Assembly (NCBI GenBank): GCA_040255565.1
Contig: JBDZVH010000003.1
Location: 677,228 to 741,227, forward strand
DNA length: 64,000 nucleotides
Origin: Opitutaceae bacterium
GTDB lineage: Bacteria; Verrucomicrobiota; Verrucomicrobiia; Opitutales; Opitutaceae
Direction of reading: 5' to 3'
The translations under genes and the position numbers were made by a program. The notes under the pieces were generated by a model. That model made no database searches. It was not told the DNA's origin and saw only the letters and a program-made list of their open reading frames with translations. This document shows positions 27,362 to 36,893 of the stretch, one piece after another (position 1 is the first letter of the stretch; the number at the start of each line of letters is the position of its first letter).

Positions 27362-28513
27362 TTAACGAAGGGAATAGGCGGCGCGGACGGTATCGTCTTT
27401 CACGACGTCGCGCTTCGCATGCAGGTCGAGCCAGAACGAATATCCCGCACCGAACCAAAATGGTGTTTGCCGCTGCTCCTCGCGCAATCGCCGGTAATAT
27501 CCATGCGTGCGCCTTACCTCTTCTGCATCGAGCCAGCGTCCGAGCGTGTCCTCGCCAAACGCACCGGAGGCTCCTTCAGGGAAGGCCCACCCATTGAACT
27601 GTCTCCGGCCGCCCAGATCCCCTGCTTCGACTTTCAGCTGCTCCGGCACCGGCGGGAGTTGAAGGGGAAGAAAGTGATATTGACTGATGCACTTGAAGCC
27701 ATGGTAACCGAGCTCGCTGAGCTGGCTGAGGAACCGCTCGAGGTTGCCCAATTCGACCGAGACATAAGTCGGGAGGTCGGAAGCACGCTTCAGTGCTTCG
27801 ATACAAAGATAGTCGTAACCTTCGATGTCGATCTTGAGAAAATGCGGGATGCCGTAGTTGGCGAGAATCCAATCGAAGGTTTGGCAGGGGATCTGAATGC
27901 TATGATGGGGCAGCCCGTCTCGTGACGCGATTTTCCGGTCAAAGGAATTCCAGACGCGATTCGTTTCGCAGATCCAGAAATCGAGCAAGCCCGGTTGCGC
28001 CGCGATTCCCACATTCACGATCTGAAGCCGACTATCCTGAATTTCTTTTTCAAACCGTGTCGCCGCAATCTTGCAGAGTTCAGGATCAGCCTCGACGGCG
28101 ACGGCACGGAATCCGCGATGGAGGTAATACGCCGTATCGTCCCCGTTATTCATTCCTACGTCGTAGATGAGGTCGTCCTGCAATCGTTCGGTTCCGCGAA
28201 GACGGTTGAACCACGTCTCGACTTCAGACGAACCATGCCGGTCCGATCCTCCCTGGTTCTGGAGCGCGGCCAGATTTGCGTTGGCGCATTCGTTCGAGGA
28301 ATCGATCTGAAGAACGGTTTCCAAACAAGCCTGCATCCCGGACCAATCGCCTAGTGCACAAAACGCACGGCCCAAGCCGAGTAATACACCAACCTGATCC
28401 CGATGACGTCCGACCAAGGTGCTGTAAAGGCTGGCCGCCTCCTTGAATCGGCCGGCTTCGAGCTGCGCGTCCGCGCGCTCCTTTGCCGAACCATACATGT
28501 GAGGGACGTTCAT
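27362..28513 (-). CDS. TPR-FkbM family methyltransferase
   Basis: 383 aa. N-terminal TPRs (EAGRFKEAASLYSTLV...ALGDWSGMQACLETVLQIDSSN). Then an FkbM-type methyltransferase domain (IYDVGMNNGDDTAYYL...FLKIDIEGYDYLCIEAL). Confidence 0.75.
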   Translation of the reverse strand: MNVPHMYGSAKERADAQLEAGRFKEAASLYSTLVGRHRDQVGVLLGLGRAFCALGDWSGMQACLETVLQIDSSNECANANLAALQNQGGSDRHGSSEVETWFNRLRGTERLQDDLIYDVGMNNGDDTAYYLHRGFRAVAVEADPELCKIAATRFEKEIQDSRLQIVNVGIAAQPGLLDFWICETNRVWNSFDRKIASRDGLPHHSIQIPCQTFDWILANYGIPHFLKIDIEGYDYLCIEALKRASDLPTYVSVELGNLERFLSQLSELGYHGFKCISQYHFLPLQLPPVPEQLKVEAGDLGGRRQFNGWAFPEGASGAFGEDTLGRWLDAEEVRRTHGYYRRLREEQRQTPFWFGAGYSFWLDLHAKRDVVKDDTVRAAYSLR

Positions 28514-28521
28514 CCTGGTGA

Positions 28522-31500
28522 TTACGCGGCTACCGAGGGTGTCTGCCGTGACACGGCCGTTGCGGGATCCGATCGTTGAAACGCGGGATGCCCCATCATA
28601 AGGGAAAGCAGATTCGCCTCCGTCTTGGTCACGCAGTAGAGCTCTGTGTAGATGTGAAAGAAAGCAGCCACTTCAGCTCGATCGTTGCGACGCGGCGCGC
28701 CTCCAAAAACTTGATCCAAGGTGAAGTGCAACGCCGCCTCGCCCTGCGCCTCATGCGTGAAGCCGAGGCCCCCGTAGAATGCGTCGCCGCACAACACCAC
28801 TTCTTTCCCGAGCAGCAACGCTTCAAGCCCCGCCTGCGAAGTGATCGTGACGCACACGTCGGCCGCGCGAATCAACTCGTAGGTGTCGAATTGATTCTCG
28901 TCATCGAGCACGAGATCGACCCCGAGCTTTTCTCGGCTGCGCTGAAACCCCTCGTGCTGTTCGAGCCATCCCGCCGTTAGTCGGCGGTAATAAGGCACCG
29001 GATCGGGGTAACTCGGGCTCTCCTTGGGATGGAGTTTAATCAGGAGCCTGCACCCCTTCTCCGCCGCATATGCTGCGAGCGCCGCAATTACGTCGACCTG
29101 TGAACTGAATCCCCGCAAGCCGAACAACACCGACGAATCCACGCCTACCTGGCCAATATAGGTGATCGTGCGCTTCCCCGCGTCGCCGCACTCGATACCC
29201 ACGCCGCGCGGTGTGCTATGCTCCACCGATTTGAGCGTCTTCATCGAGCGCAGATATTTGTCGACGGACGCGGCCGCCACTTCGGCATCCACCACATCGC
29301 GGAAGCGCCAATAATAGTTCTTCGCCTGGGTCGCGTTGACCGCGATACCCGAGATATCGTCCCACAGGAGGCGCTCGCGGTGGAACGTGTTTTCGATCGC
29401 GACCACTCTGATCCCGCGCTGTACACCCACGGCCCGCAGCACCGCCGCGACCATGTCGTGCCCTTGCGCCACCATGATCGACTCAGGCCGGTAGAAATCG
29501 CAGAACTGATTGGCTCGATCGATGACGGCGATGGCCGACGCGAACATTGTTGTGATCGCTTGCCACTGCTCAGCGTCCGAAGGATTGATCATAGCGGGCA
29601 AGCGACGGAGTTGCACCGAGAGCCGATAGGCGCAAACCCGCCACAAGAAAATTCCCCGGTGGGATGCGGTCCGAAAATCCAACGGTGTCACCAAGCTCCT
29701 CACTAGGCTCGCCGGCGGCGGTTCTCCAAGCAGCGTGACCAGCAGGACACCTTCGCGTGCCGCCATTCCAAACATCTTTCGTGTATCCAGCCCGAACCAC
29801 GGTTGATATCCGAATAAAACCGTCCGCCCAGGCACCGGATGTTCCTCGAGTGAGCTTGCCGTTTCTGTAGCGACCTCAAACGCGCGGCAGATCAGCAGCA
29901 TCGCTTCATCTCCTCGAATTTCTCGATCCTCGGCGATCGCCTCCACGCACCGCAAATCGGGCGATTGCACAACTAGGCGCTGCCAGCCGCGATCGCTGGA
30001 GGCTGCGCGACCTTCGCCGGAGCATGCGTGCAACTCGAGCAATCGCGTCGCAAATACGCTTCCTGCTTCACCGCGCAAAATGCGCAGGCGCTGACCGTAT
30101 TCTCGAAAACGCGCATCATCGGGCCACAGCGAGGCCCCCTGAACGAAAGACGCCAAGGCCATTTCCGAATCGCCCGACTGCAAGCACGCTTCAGCTTTTC
30201 CAAACCAGGAATCGGAATCACTACGGTCGAATTCGATGGAGCGAGCAAACTCCTCCGCCGCACGGCGGAAGGCTCCCTCTCTTCGGTAAACGCATCCGAG
30301 CGCAAAACGGAAGTCCGGCCGTTGCGGGTTTGCCGCGACCGCGGCCTCAAGAAATCCTTTCTCCTTTTGCAGCAACTCGTCGCGCCGGTCGGTTCGCGTC
30401 TCGCATTCAGCCAGACGAGCGACGGCCACAGCACAAATAAAATGCGCATCGGCGTTCGCTGGGTCGGAACGCAGCGCGAGATTCGCATAGTGCTGTGCTG
30501 CGACGAAATCGAGCGCTTCCAGGGCTCTCCACCCCATCGCCAGATAGCGCCGCGCGATCCACGGCCACGGCAACACACCGGCACTCCACTCCAACAAGGC
30601 GATCCGCGGATTGTCAGGCTGCGCGCGCCGCGCACTCGCGATCATCTTCTGCACGAGGGCTTCGTTTTTGGCCTCGAGCGCCAGCTCCGCGAGAATCAGA
30701 TATGCATCGGATGCCTGCGGATTTTGCGCCACCGCATTCCTCGCGCGAACAAGCGCCCCCTGCAGGTCGCCAGCTTCCAAATATCGCCGGGCTTCACCCG
30801 CCAAGTCGTCCGCCGGCGAAGTGGACTTCTTGCCGGAAACGAAAAGAGGCGTTGCCTGCCGCAGTACCAAGCCGGCGGCGGCCATTCGTGGCTGTAATGC
30901 TGCGAGGTTGGCTGTCGTCGCATCCCAGTACCAAATCCGGCGGCCCGGGAGCGCCGCCCCCTTCGTCATGGTCCGTGCACTGACAACCGCCAAGTCGGGC
31001 ACAACGCCTTCGGGCGCGAACACCCCGGCCACACGCACACGCGGCAAAGTCGAGGCGATGGCCTCCCATTTTTGCCGCTGCGCGTCATCGACGGCGACGA
31101 GCACCTGCTCCTGCTGACGATGCAGCTCGTTGACGACATCGTAGGCTGCGAGCGTGTCATCGAGTTCATTCGCACCGTTGCAGGTGAAGGACGTGACCGG
31201 CGTGGCCGAAGTGGCGAACACTGCTGGCTCTTTTCCCGAAAAAACCAGTTCCGTGAATGCCGCCTGCCGCCGCTCGGCAGTGAAATGTTCTTCGAACCAG
31301 CGACGGCCGGCCTCGCCAATAGCGCGGGCTTCATCTGGATGCGCAAGGTAGTGCCGTGCTTTTTCGACGAGGTCATCCGCGCTTTCGTAGGAAACCTTCG
31401 CCACGCCTTCACGGAGCAAATCGTCCAGACCCGACTCGGGTGCGAGACGATCCGTGAGCAGCATCGCACCGCCGGCGATGGTTTCGAAGACCCGGAGATT

Positions 31501-32160
31501 CAAATCTCCGTTCATCGACGCATTCAGACCGATGAGCGACTCACCGTAATGCGCGAGCACTTCGGACTGCCTCACCTCCTTCCACGCAAGCGGAAGCTTG
31601 GCCGCGATCAGGGCGGCAAATAGACGCTGGCGGCGGAAGTGATAGCCTGCCTTGCCTACCAGAGCCAGTTGCGCGCGCCGCGTTTCCTGCAACGCCGCGC
31701 GAGCCCGCACGTCCCCATGCGCAAACGTGAGCCCGGGAATCCAATGCACGTTGCGGATGCCCGCGGCCCGATAAAACGGAATGTGGTGGCGGTCATACAA
31801 AACGACCACCCGATCGAAAGGCTCGCTCGCTGCATAGCGCACCATCTCGGACAAGGCCCGCTCGCCCCAATGCGAATCCGCAGCGAACAATACGACCGGA
31901 CAGCGAAACGCCCGGACGTTTCGCGGTTTGATGCCGAAACCGCAATCGACGTGACACACCACCACGTCCGGCTGTTGGTCACGTGGAAGCGCACGCGCGA
32001 TCTCCGCGAGATCGAAGGCTCCGTAAGCCGTCGATTTGGAAATCCAGCGGCCGTCGATCTGCCGGCTGACGAAAAACGGCCCGGCATTGATCTGTTCTCC
32101 CGCGAGGCGCGGCGGCGCCATGTGATGCGGAGGCTGACAGGTGAAGAAAAGAACCCGCAC
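28522..32160 (-). CDS. giant modular glycan-assembly protein: CgeB-like GT module - TPR block - KpsS/KpsC-like (capsule-synthesis type) C-terminal domain
   Basis: 1212 aa. The N-terminal roughly 300 aa is paralogous to 36890..39967 (MRVLFFTCQPPHHMAPPRL...NASMNGDLNLRVFETIAGGAMLLTD). Central TPRs follow. The C-terminus (LIKLHPKESP...VTITSQAGLEALLLGKEVVLCGDAFYGG) resembles capsule polysaccharide biosynthesis (KpsS/LipB-type) domains. This domain call is from memory and needs an HMM check. Confidence 0.7.
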   Translation of the reverse strand: MRVLFFTCQPPHHMAPPRLAGEQINAGPFFVSRQIDGRWISKSTAYGAFDLAEIARALPRDQQPDVVVCHVDCGFGIKPRNVRAFRCPVVLFAADSHWGERALSEMVRYAASEPFDRVVVLYDRHHIPFYRAAGIRNVHWIPGLTFAHGDVRARAALQETRRAQLALVGKAGYHFRRQRLFAALIAAKLPLAWKEVRQSEVLAHYGESLIGLNASMNGDLNLRVFETIAGGAMLLTDRLAPESGLDDLLREGVAKVSYESADDLVEKARHYLAHPDEARAIGEAGRRWFEEHFTAERRQAAFTELVFSGKEPAVFATSATPVTSFTCNGANELDDTLAAYDVVNELHRQQEQVLVAVDDAQRQKWEAIASTLPRVRVAGVFAPEGVVPDLAVVSARTMTKGAALPGRRIWYWDATTANLAALQPRMAAAGLVLRQATPLFVSGKKSTSPADDLAGEARRYLEAGDLQGALVRARNAVAQNPQASDAYLILAELALEAKNEALVQKMIASARRAQPDNPRIALLEWSAGVLPWPWIARRYLAMGWRALEALDFVAAQHYANLALRSDPANADAHFICAVAVARLAECETRTDRRDELLQKEKGFLEAAVAANPQRPDFRFALGCVYRREGAFRRAAEEFARSIEFDRSDSDSWFGKAEACLQSGDSEMALASFVQGASLWPDDARFREYGQRLRILRGEAGSVFATRLLELHACSGEGRAASSDRGWQRLVVQSPDLRCVEAIAEDREIRGDEAMLLICRAFEVATETASSLEEHPVPGRTVLFGYQPWFGLDTRKMFGMAAREGVLLVTLLGEPPPASLVRSLVTPLDFRTASHRGIFLWRVCAYRLSVQLRRLPAMINPSDAEQWQAITTMFASAIAVIDRANQFCDFYRPESIMVAQGHDMVAAVLRAVGVQRGIRVVAIENTFHRERLLWDDISGIAVNATQAKNYYWRFRDVVDAEVAAASVDKYLRSMKTLKSVEHSTPRGVGIECGDAGKRTITYIGQVGVDSSVLFGLRGFSSQVDVIAALAAYAAEKGCRLLIKLHPKESPSYPDPVPYYRRLTAGWLEQHEGFQRSREKLGVDLVLDDENQFDTYELIRAADVCVTITSQAGLEALLLGKEVVLCGDAFYGGLGFTHEAQGEAALHFTLDQVFGGAPRRNDRAEVAAFFHIYTELYCVTKTEANLLSLMMGHPAFQRSDPATAVSRQTPSVAA

Positions 32161-32178
32161 GGCAAAATGGAATTCGAG

Positions 32179-33081
32179 CTATGCCGCTTGCGCAGCACCT
32201 GATTTCGCCAGCCTCGTGAGGTGAGCCAGGCATGCTGCTTCGTCCATGCGAGCCATGACCAGAGGTGGGATCTTGCAGAGGCGACTCGTCATCAGGCGGA
32301 TCGCCTGACTGCGCGCGAGCTGCTGCAACGGCGGAGCAAGCGGAATCTCGCATGCCACATCACGACGGACCACCAGGAGCCGCTCGTCAGAAGAAATAGG
32401 GTTGTAAGCCGCCCGCCGGAACCAACGCCCCCAAGGCATCATTCCGGCGATCAACCGATTGATCGCCTCGTGATAATGGAGTTGCCGGTGAAGAAACTCT
32501 TCGACCGAGGTTTCAGATACCGGCTGGCTGTTGTTCACCACGCGCTCGTCGTCCGAGTGCCGCAAAAACTCCAGCAGCCGGTGATCAATCTCGGTCCTGA
32601 CATGCCCGGCCCGCTTCAGCCGTTCGTAAAAGTCCTCGTCATCGAAGCCGTAGCGGCGGATCAGCTCCGAATAACCGTTTACTTCCTCCCACTGAGCCCG
32701 TGTGAACACACATTGCCCATTTGCGCACGTTTTCCCGAACGCGGTTCCCGTGCGCCAATCGCCGGCATAGAAACGCCCCGGCCCAGGTCGAAGACTAGCG
32801 ACATGCGCATCAGGGATGCAATCGGCGTCGCATTTCAGAATGATGTCACCTTTCGCGTGAGAAATTCCGAGGTTGTAGGCATACGCCAAAATCCATTTCG
32901 GCTCTTCGACGGCGCGAACGATCCGGATGCGGGGGTCAAGAACGAGCAGGTCGTCAAACGGTTCACGCGTCGACCAATCGACCAGCACGAACTCTGAAAT
33001 ATCGGGCAACTTCAGCCACTCCGGCAACGCGTGCCGGAGGTGCGGCTCACGATTCATACAAGCGGTGACGAGCGAGATCAT
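32179..33081 (-). CDS. GT-A fold glycosyltransferase (GT2-like)
   Basis: 300 aa. ISLVTACMNREPHL..., KCDADCIP (DxD-type motif), and NGYSELIRRYGFDDEDFYERL, which resembles the C-terminal region of GT2/GT7C-type enzymes. Confidence 0.7.
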   Translation of the reverse strand: MISLVTACMNREPHLRHALPEWLKLPDISEFVLVDWSTREPFDDLLVLDPRIRIVRAVEEPKWILAYAYNLGISHAKGDIILKCDADCIPDAHVASLRPGPGRFYAGDWRTGTAFGKTCANGQCVFTRAQWEEVNGYSELIRRYGFDDEDFYERLKRAGHVRTEIDHRLLEFLRHSDDERVVNNSQPVSETSVEEFLHRQLHYHEAINRLIAGMMPWGRWFRRAAYNPISSDERLLVVRRDVACEIPLAPPLQQLARSQAIRLMTSRLCKIPPLVMARMDEAACLAHLTRLAKSGAAQAA

Positions 33082-33733
33082 GGAGAAGCGAAAGGGTTCT
33101 AGGTTCTGTCAGAGAAACCGCGCCAACAGCCTCTCTTTGCGCGCAGCCTGCCTTGAACTTATGAAGTTCGCCGGGCCGAACTTGCTGGCGGAAGGACCGG
33201 TGTGGAAAAGAGCGGGAAATGACGTAGGGGCCATGGGTCTAGAATCCACCCGCACGTTTCAGGCCCATTCAAACTTCATATACTTATCCTATTTTACGCT
33301 AACGTCTTAAATTTTTTTATCATGACCTAAGGGCAGGACTAAGACGGGTGCCGGCAAATTTTGCCCTTTTTTCCGGCGGCACAGGATGACCATTCCGAGT
33401 CTATATATCAGGCGCTCGCGCTCGAAGTAACTGCGCTTGAGGGCAAGCGCCCCGCGTCCGCTTATTGGAACGTTTCGCTCTCAACTCCCATTCACAGCCC
33501 GGCGTTCCAATCCAGCGAATCCATCCAAGGTGTCATCCTCCCGTCTACAAACTCGGAAAAGGCCGCCTTAGCAGTGCATTGGGGAGCGAGGTCCGCCCAT
33601 TTCGCCTCGACCTCCACTGGATGGTTCTTGTGGTGCTGGCAAGAATAGCCCTTTTGTGCGGCCAAATCGGAAGCGCCGCTTGGCGGCAACTGATATGGCG
33701 GCCACGGCTCGGGGTTGCGTTGCGGTGCGGCAT

Positions 33734-35422
33734 TCAGATCGAGCAGACATCCGCCGTCGTTCCTTGCAGACGCGTCGGTCGACCCTCCCCGGCTTGGATC
33801 ACGCTACATTCGGCTGCGCCGTAACCGCTGCGGGCTTCCGGCTTCCTGACATACCAGCTGGGATATTCATCATCTGTCGTAAGCTGGACCCGCAACCCAA
33901 ACTCACGCGCAAACGAATCGACTGCGTCGATCGTCGGCTGCCACTTGGGATGATAGTCATGCCCAGCGAAAATCCCTCCCGGTTTCACTCGGGACCACCA
34001 ATCGCGCAACGTTTTCCCATCATTCTGTCCCGTATGCGCGTATCCATCGAAATAAATGAAATCCAACGACCCAGGCGCAAAATCCCCCAGCGCTTCGTCG
34101 AACGATTTCCGGACTACCGTGCTTCGAACGCCATATTTCTCCAAGAGTGAGCAAGCACCTAGATACTGCTCATCGTCGTGCCCCCGGTCACCTGCCCACC
34201 GATCAATCGAATATAGCCGGAATCCTTTCCCGGAACTGAGCAGCTCATTTGAAAAGTGCCCCTTCGCCACACCTAGCTCAGCTGCACATCCGTTCGGGGG
34301 AATCAGGCCCGCAAGCTGCGAACGATGATTCAGGAACGGAAGCGGGCAATCGCGCTGCCTTATCGATGCCTCATTTGCGCTCGCCGCCCAAAAGTATCGG
34401 GGGGGAGGAACGGACTCCCCGCCGGTAGTCAGTCGCATCAATGCTTCGTATACCCGCTCGGCATGATTGAAATGTCGGCCGCCCACAACGCGGTTCAAGA
34501 ACTGCCTAACCTGCGCTTGTCCATTCACAAAATTCCTAAACGCATGATTGATCGCAGCCGGCAGGAACCCTTCCGAAATGCCAGGATAACCATCGAAGGC
34601 TGCCAGACCCGCGTTGGGTAGCAAAACCACCGGCTTCCCTAAATATAATGCTTCGATCGCCGCCGTGGAATGCAACGTCAAGACCAAGTTCGCATGTCTG
34701 AGGTAATCGATGACCGACCACCCTTCCGTCTGACCCAGCACGGGAGGTAATGGCAGCGACGGACGATGGCAGTGCTTGCTTGGATACTGTGGATGATCGT
34801 GAACGATGACCGGCATCTTGACCGCCCGTTCGTAGAGTCCCAGCACAGGGTCGATGATTTCCGGCTCAGGCGCGCGTTGCGGAAGAAATGCAATGTAGCC
34901 GCTGCGAGTCGTTTCTACTCCACGTAGACGGTCGAGTTTAGGCAGTCCAAGAGCAAAAGCACGATGTCTATAGACCGGAGCGATTCTCTCCACGTGGGCC
35001 TCCCCAAAACAGAAAAGATAGTCTGCGGCGAAGTTCGAGTTGTAGCAGCTCCAGACTTGAAACAATCCGTGCTGCAAACCGACGCATTTCCCTCGGAAAC
35101 CTGCATCTCTCAGCAACCCGAACATCTGGTTCGAGGGGTAGGATTGCATGTCGCAGATCAGGAAAATGTCGGGAGCCGCCTGGACCACATCGTGTGCCAG
35201 TTCCTTCAACTCAGAGCGGGAAATTCCCGCTTCCGAAAGCTCCGGTATCGGCCGAATCAAGCGCCCAGGAAACCCACAGGTATCAAATCGCGAAGAAGAG
35301 GGATCACCAGACCATGGCAATGCAATGACTTCGCATCGTCCTCCTCGTAACTCTACCAGCCTCAATGCATCGGCATAGTTATCTAGATTTCGATAATTGG
35401 TCGTGAAGGCGACAATGTGCAT
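33734..35422 (-). CDS. bifunctional GT-B-like domain plus class I SAM-dependent methyltransferase
   Basis: 562 aa. N-terminal half: LHSTAAIEALYLGKPVVLLPN (GT-B C-terminal-lobe pattern). C-terminal half: AELGVAKGHFS...LDFIYFDGYAH...GGIFAGHDY (methyltransferase motifs). The last roughly 35 codons may be read-through into the low-GC gap. Confidence 0.7.
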   Translation of the reverse strand: MHIVAFTTNYRNLDNYADALRLVELRGGRCEVIALPWSGDPSSSRFDTCGFPGRLIRPIPELSEAGISRSELKELAHDVVQAAPDIFLICDMQSYPSNQMFGLLRDAGFRGKCVGLQHGLFQVWSCYNSNFAADYLFCFGEAHVERIAPVYRHRAFALGLPKLDRLRGVETTRSGYIAFLPQRAPEPEIIDPVLGLYERAVKMPVIVHDHPQYPSKHCHRPSLPLPPVLGQTEGWSVIDYLRHANLVLTLHSTAAIEALYLGKPVVLLPNAGLAAFDGYPGISEGFLPAAINHAFRNFVNGQAQVRQFLNRVVGGRHFNHAERVYEALMRLTTGGESVPPPRYFWAASANEASIRQRDCPLPFLNHRSQLAGLIPPNGCAAELGVAKGHFSNELLSSGKGFRLYSIDRWAGDRGHDDEQYLGACSLLEKYGVRSTVVRKSFDEALGDFAPGSLDFIYFDGYAHTGQNDGKTLRDWWSRVKPGGIFAGHDYHPKWQPTIDAVDSFAREFGLRVQLTTDDEYPSWYVRKPEARSGYGAAECSVIQAGEGRPTRLQGTTADVCSI

Positions 35423-35609
35423 AGGGACGAAGGCTCACACGGACACGTGTAACAATACACGGGCCACACACCAGTGCCATGCCGCCCAATCCGTTGAGAC
35501 AGCAGATGACCGGTCCGCATCGCGGCCGCTAGCAGGCGCTGGCAGACGGCGAGCGTGGGAAGCGGACGTGGCGTGAAGGGACATGGGGGCGAAGCGGCGC
35601 GGCAGGACC

Positions 35610-36893
35610 TCAATGCATGTATTTCCGAATATTGATGATCTGGCCGGTGTCGTTCGGCTGGGTGTACGCAACGATCGTCTCGGCGACGTCGGTCGGTTCG
35701 AGGGGGGTCTTGTTGGTCACGACCGCGGTCGAAATCATCTTCGTGTTCACACAGCCGGGATTGATGCAGTTGATCAGCACGCCGCGCTCGCGCAGCAGGA
35801 TCGGCGCGATGCCTTCCACGAAATTGTTCACCGCCGCTTTCGACGCGGAGTAGATCGGAATATTGTCCCGGCCTTTCATCGCGGAGCTCGATCCCACGAT
35901 CACGATCGCACCGCCTCGCATCGCTCTGCGCGCGAGATCGGTCACGGCCACCACCGAGCGGAAATTCACTGCAAACATCTCGTCCACACCGGCGAGATCG
36001 TTGCCGTTGTTCAAAATCCCGGCCGTGTGAATGATCGCGTCCCACGGCTGCACGAACGCTTCCGGAATCTCCCGGCGGGCCAGGTTCCATTCGTTCCGTG
36101 TGGGCGCCGTGATCGCCGCTCCACGCTCGCGCAACCCCTTCGCCACGACGGCGCCGATGCCGCCAGTCGCGCCGAGCAACAGCACCTTTTTGCCGCTGAG
36201 ATCAGGCGCGGGGAGCTCGCGCGACGGACGATACTGCAGGATGCGCTCCGCCACGAAGAGGTCCTGCGGATACGTAAGTTTCAGGTTGAAGGGCGAGCCG
36301 GGAACGATCCGGCAGGAGCCGCCGGCCCGGAGAAAGACGCTCACGTCGTCCGACGCGTTGAGCTGACCGGCCGCGCGACGGTAGGCATCGCAAATCGCGG
36401 CATAGCGGAAGCCCTGCGGAGTCTGGCCGCGCATCAACTTCCGGCGGTCGGGGATCGCCTCCACCATGCCGTCCGCGACCTGCACGATCGTATCGTCGGC
36501 GGGAATACAGACGTCGACCGACTCGTGCGTCTGCAGCGCCTCCATGCAATTGCGCAGGATCTCCGTCGTCACGAAGGGGCGCGCCGCATCGTGGATCAGC
36601 ACGAGATCGGTGTCCGGATCGCAGGCCTGCAGCGCCCTCAACGTCGACTCGTTGCGCGTCTCGCCACCGAGGACGTTGATGTCGCCGATCGCCGCGCGCG
36701 GGTTTTCCATCCATTCGGGCGAGAGCACGACCACGATCTTCGCAAACAGGCCCGACTCCCGAAACGTCGCGACGCTGTGCTCGATCACCATACGTCCGTT
36801 GAGCAGGCAGAACTGCTTCGGCACGTCGGCCTCGAAACGGTTGCCGGATCCGCCGGCGAGGATGATCCCGACAATCTTCTGCTTAGTCGTCAT
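35610..36893 (-). CDS. IspD/TarI-type cytidylyltransferase fused to a short-chain dehydrogenase: Bcs1-like CDP-ribitol synthase candidate
   Basis: 427 aa. N-terminus: GIILAGGSGNRFEADVPKQF...LIHDAARPF...RGQTPQGF (IspD/TarI motifs). C-terminus: LLLGATGGIGAVVAKGL...YSASKAAV (SDR TGxxxGxG and YxxxK). The domain order matches what I recall for Haemophilus Bcs1/Acs1. Confidence 0.75.
   Translation of the reverse strand: MTTKQKIVGIILAGGSGNRFEADVPKQFCLLNGRMVIEHSVATFRESGLFAKIVVVLSPEWMENPRAAIGDINVLGGETRNESTLRALQACDPDTDLVLIHDAARPFVTTEILRNCMEALQTHESVDVCIPADDTIVQVADGMVEAIPDRRKLMRGQTPQGFRYAAICDAYRRAAGQLNASDDVSVFLRAGGSCRIVPGSPFNLKLTYPQDLFVAERILQYRPSRELPAPDLSGKKVLLLGATGGIGAVVAKGLRERGAAITAPTRNEWNLARREIPEAFVQPWDAIIHTAGILNNGNDLAGVDEMFAVNFRSVVAVTDLARRAMRGGAIVIVGSSSAMKGRDNIPIYSASKAAVNNFVEGIAPILLRERGVLINCINPGCVNTKMISTAVVTNKTPLEPTDVAETIVAYTQPNDTGQIINIRKYMH

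Noticed and set aside
33361-33824. ORFs 33361..33648, 33465..33824 (+) and 33492..33689 (-) in the low-GC gap
   Set aside because: They are short, mutually overlapping, lack the strong GC3 bias of genuine genes here, and have no motifs. The region is reported as an anomalous gap instead.
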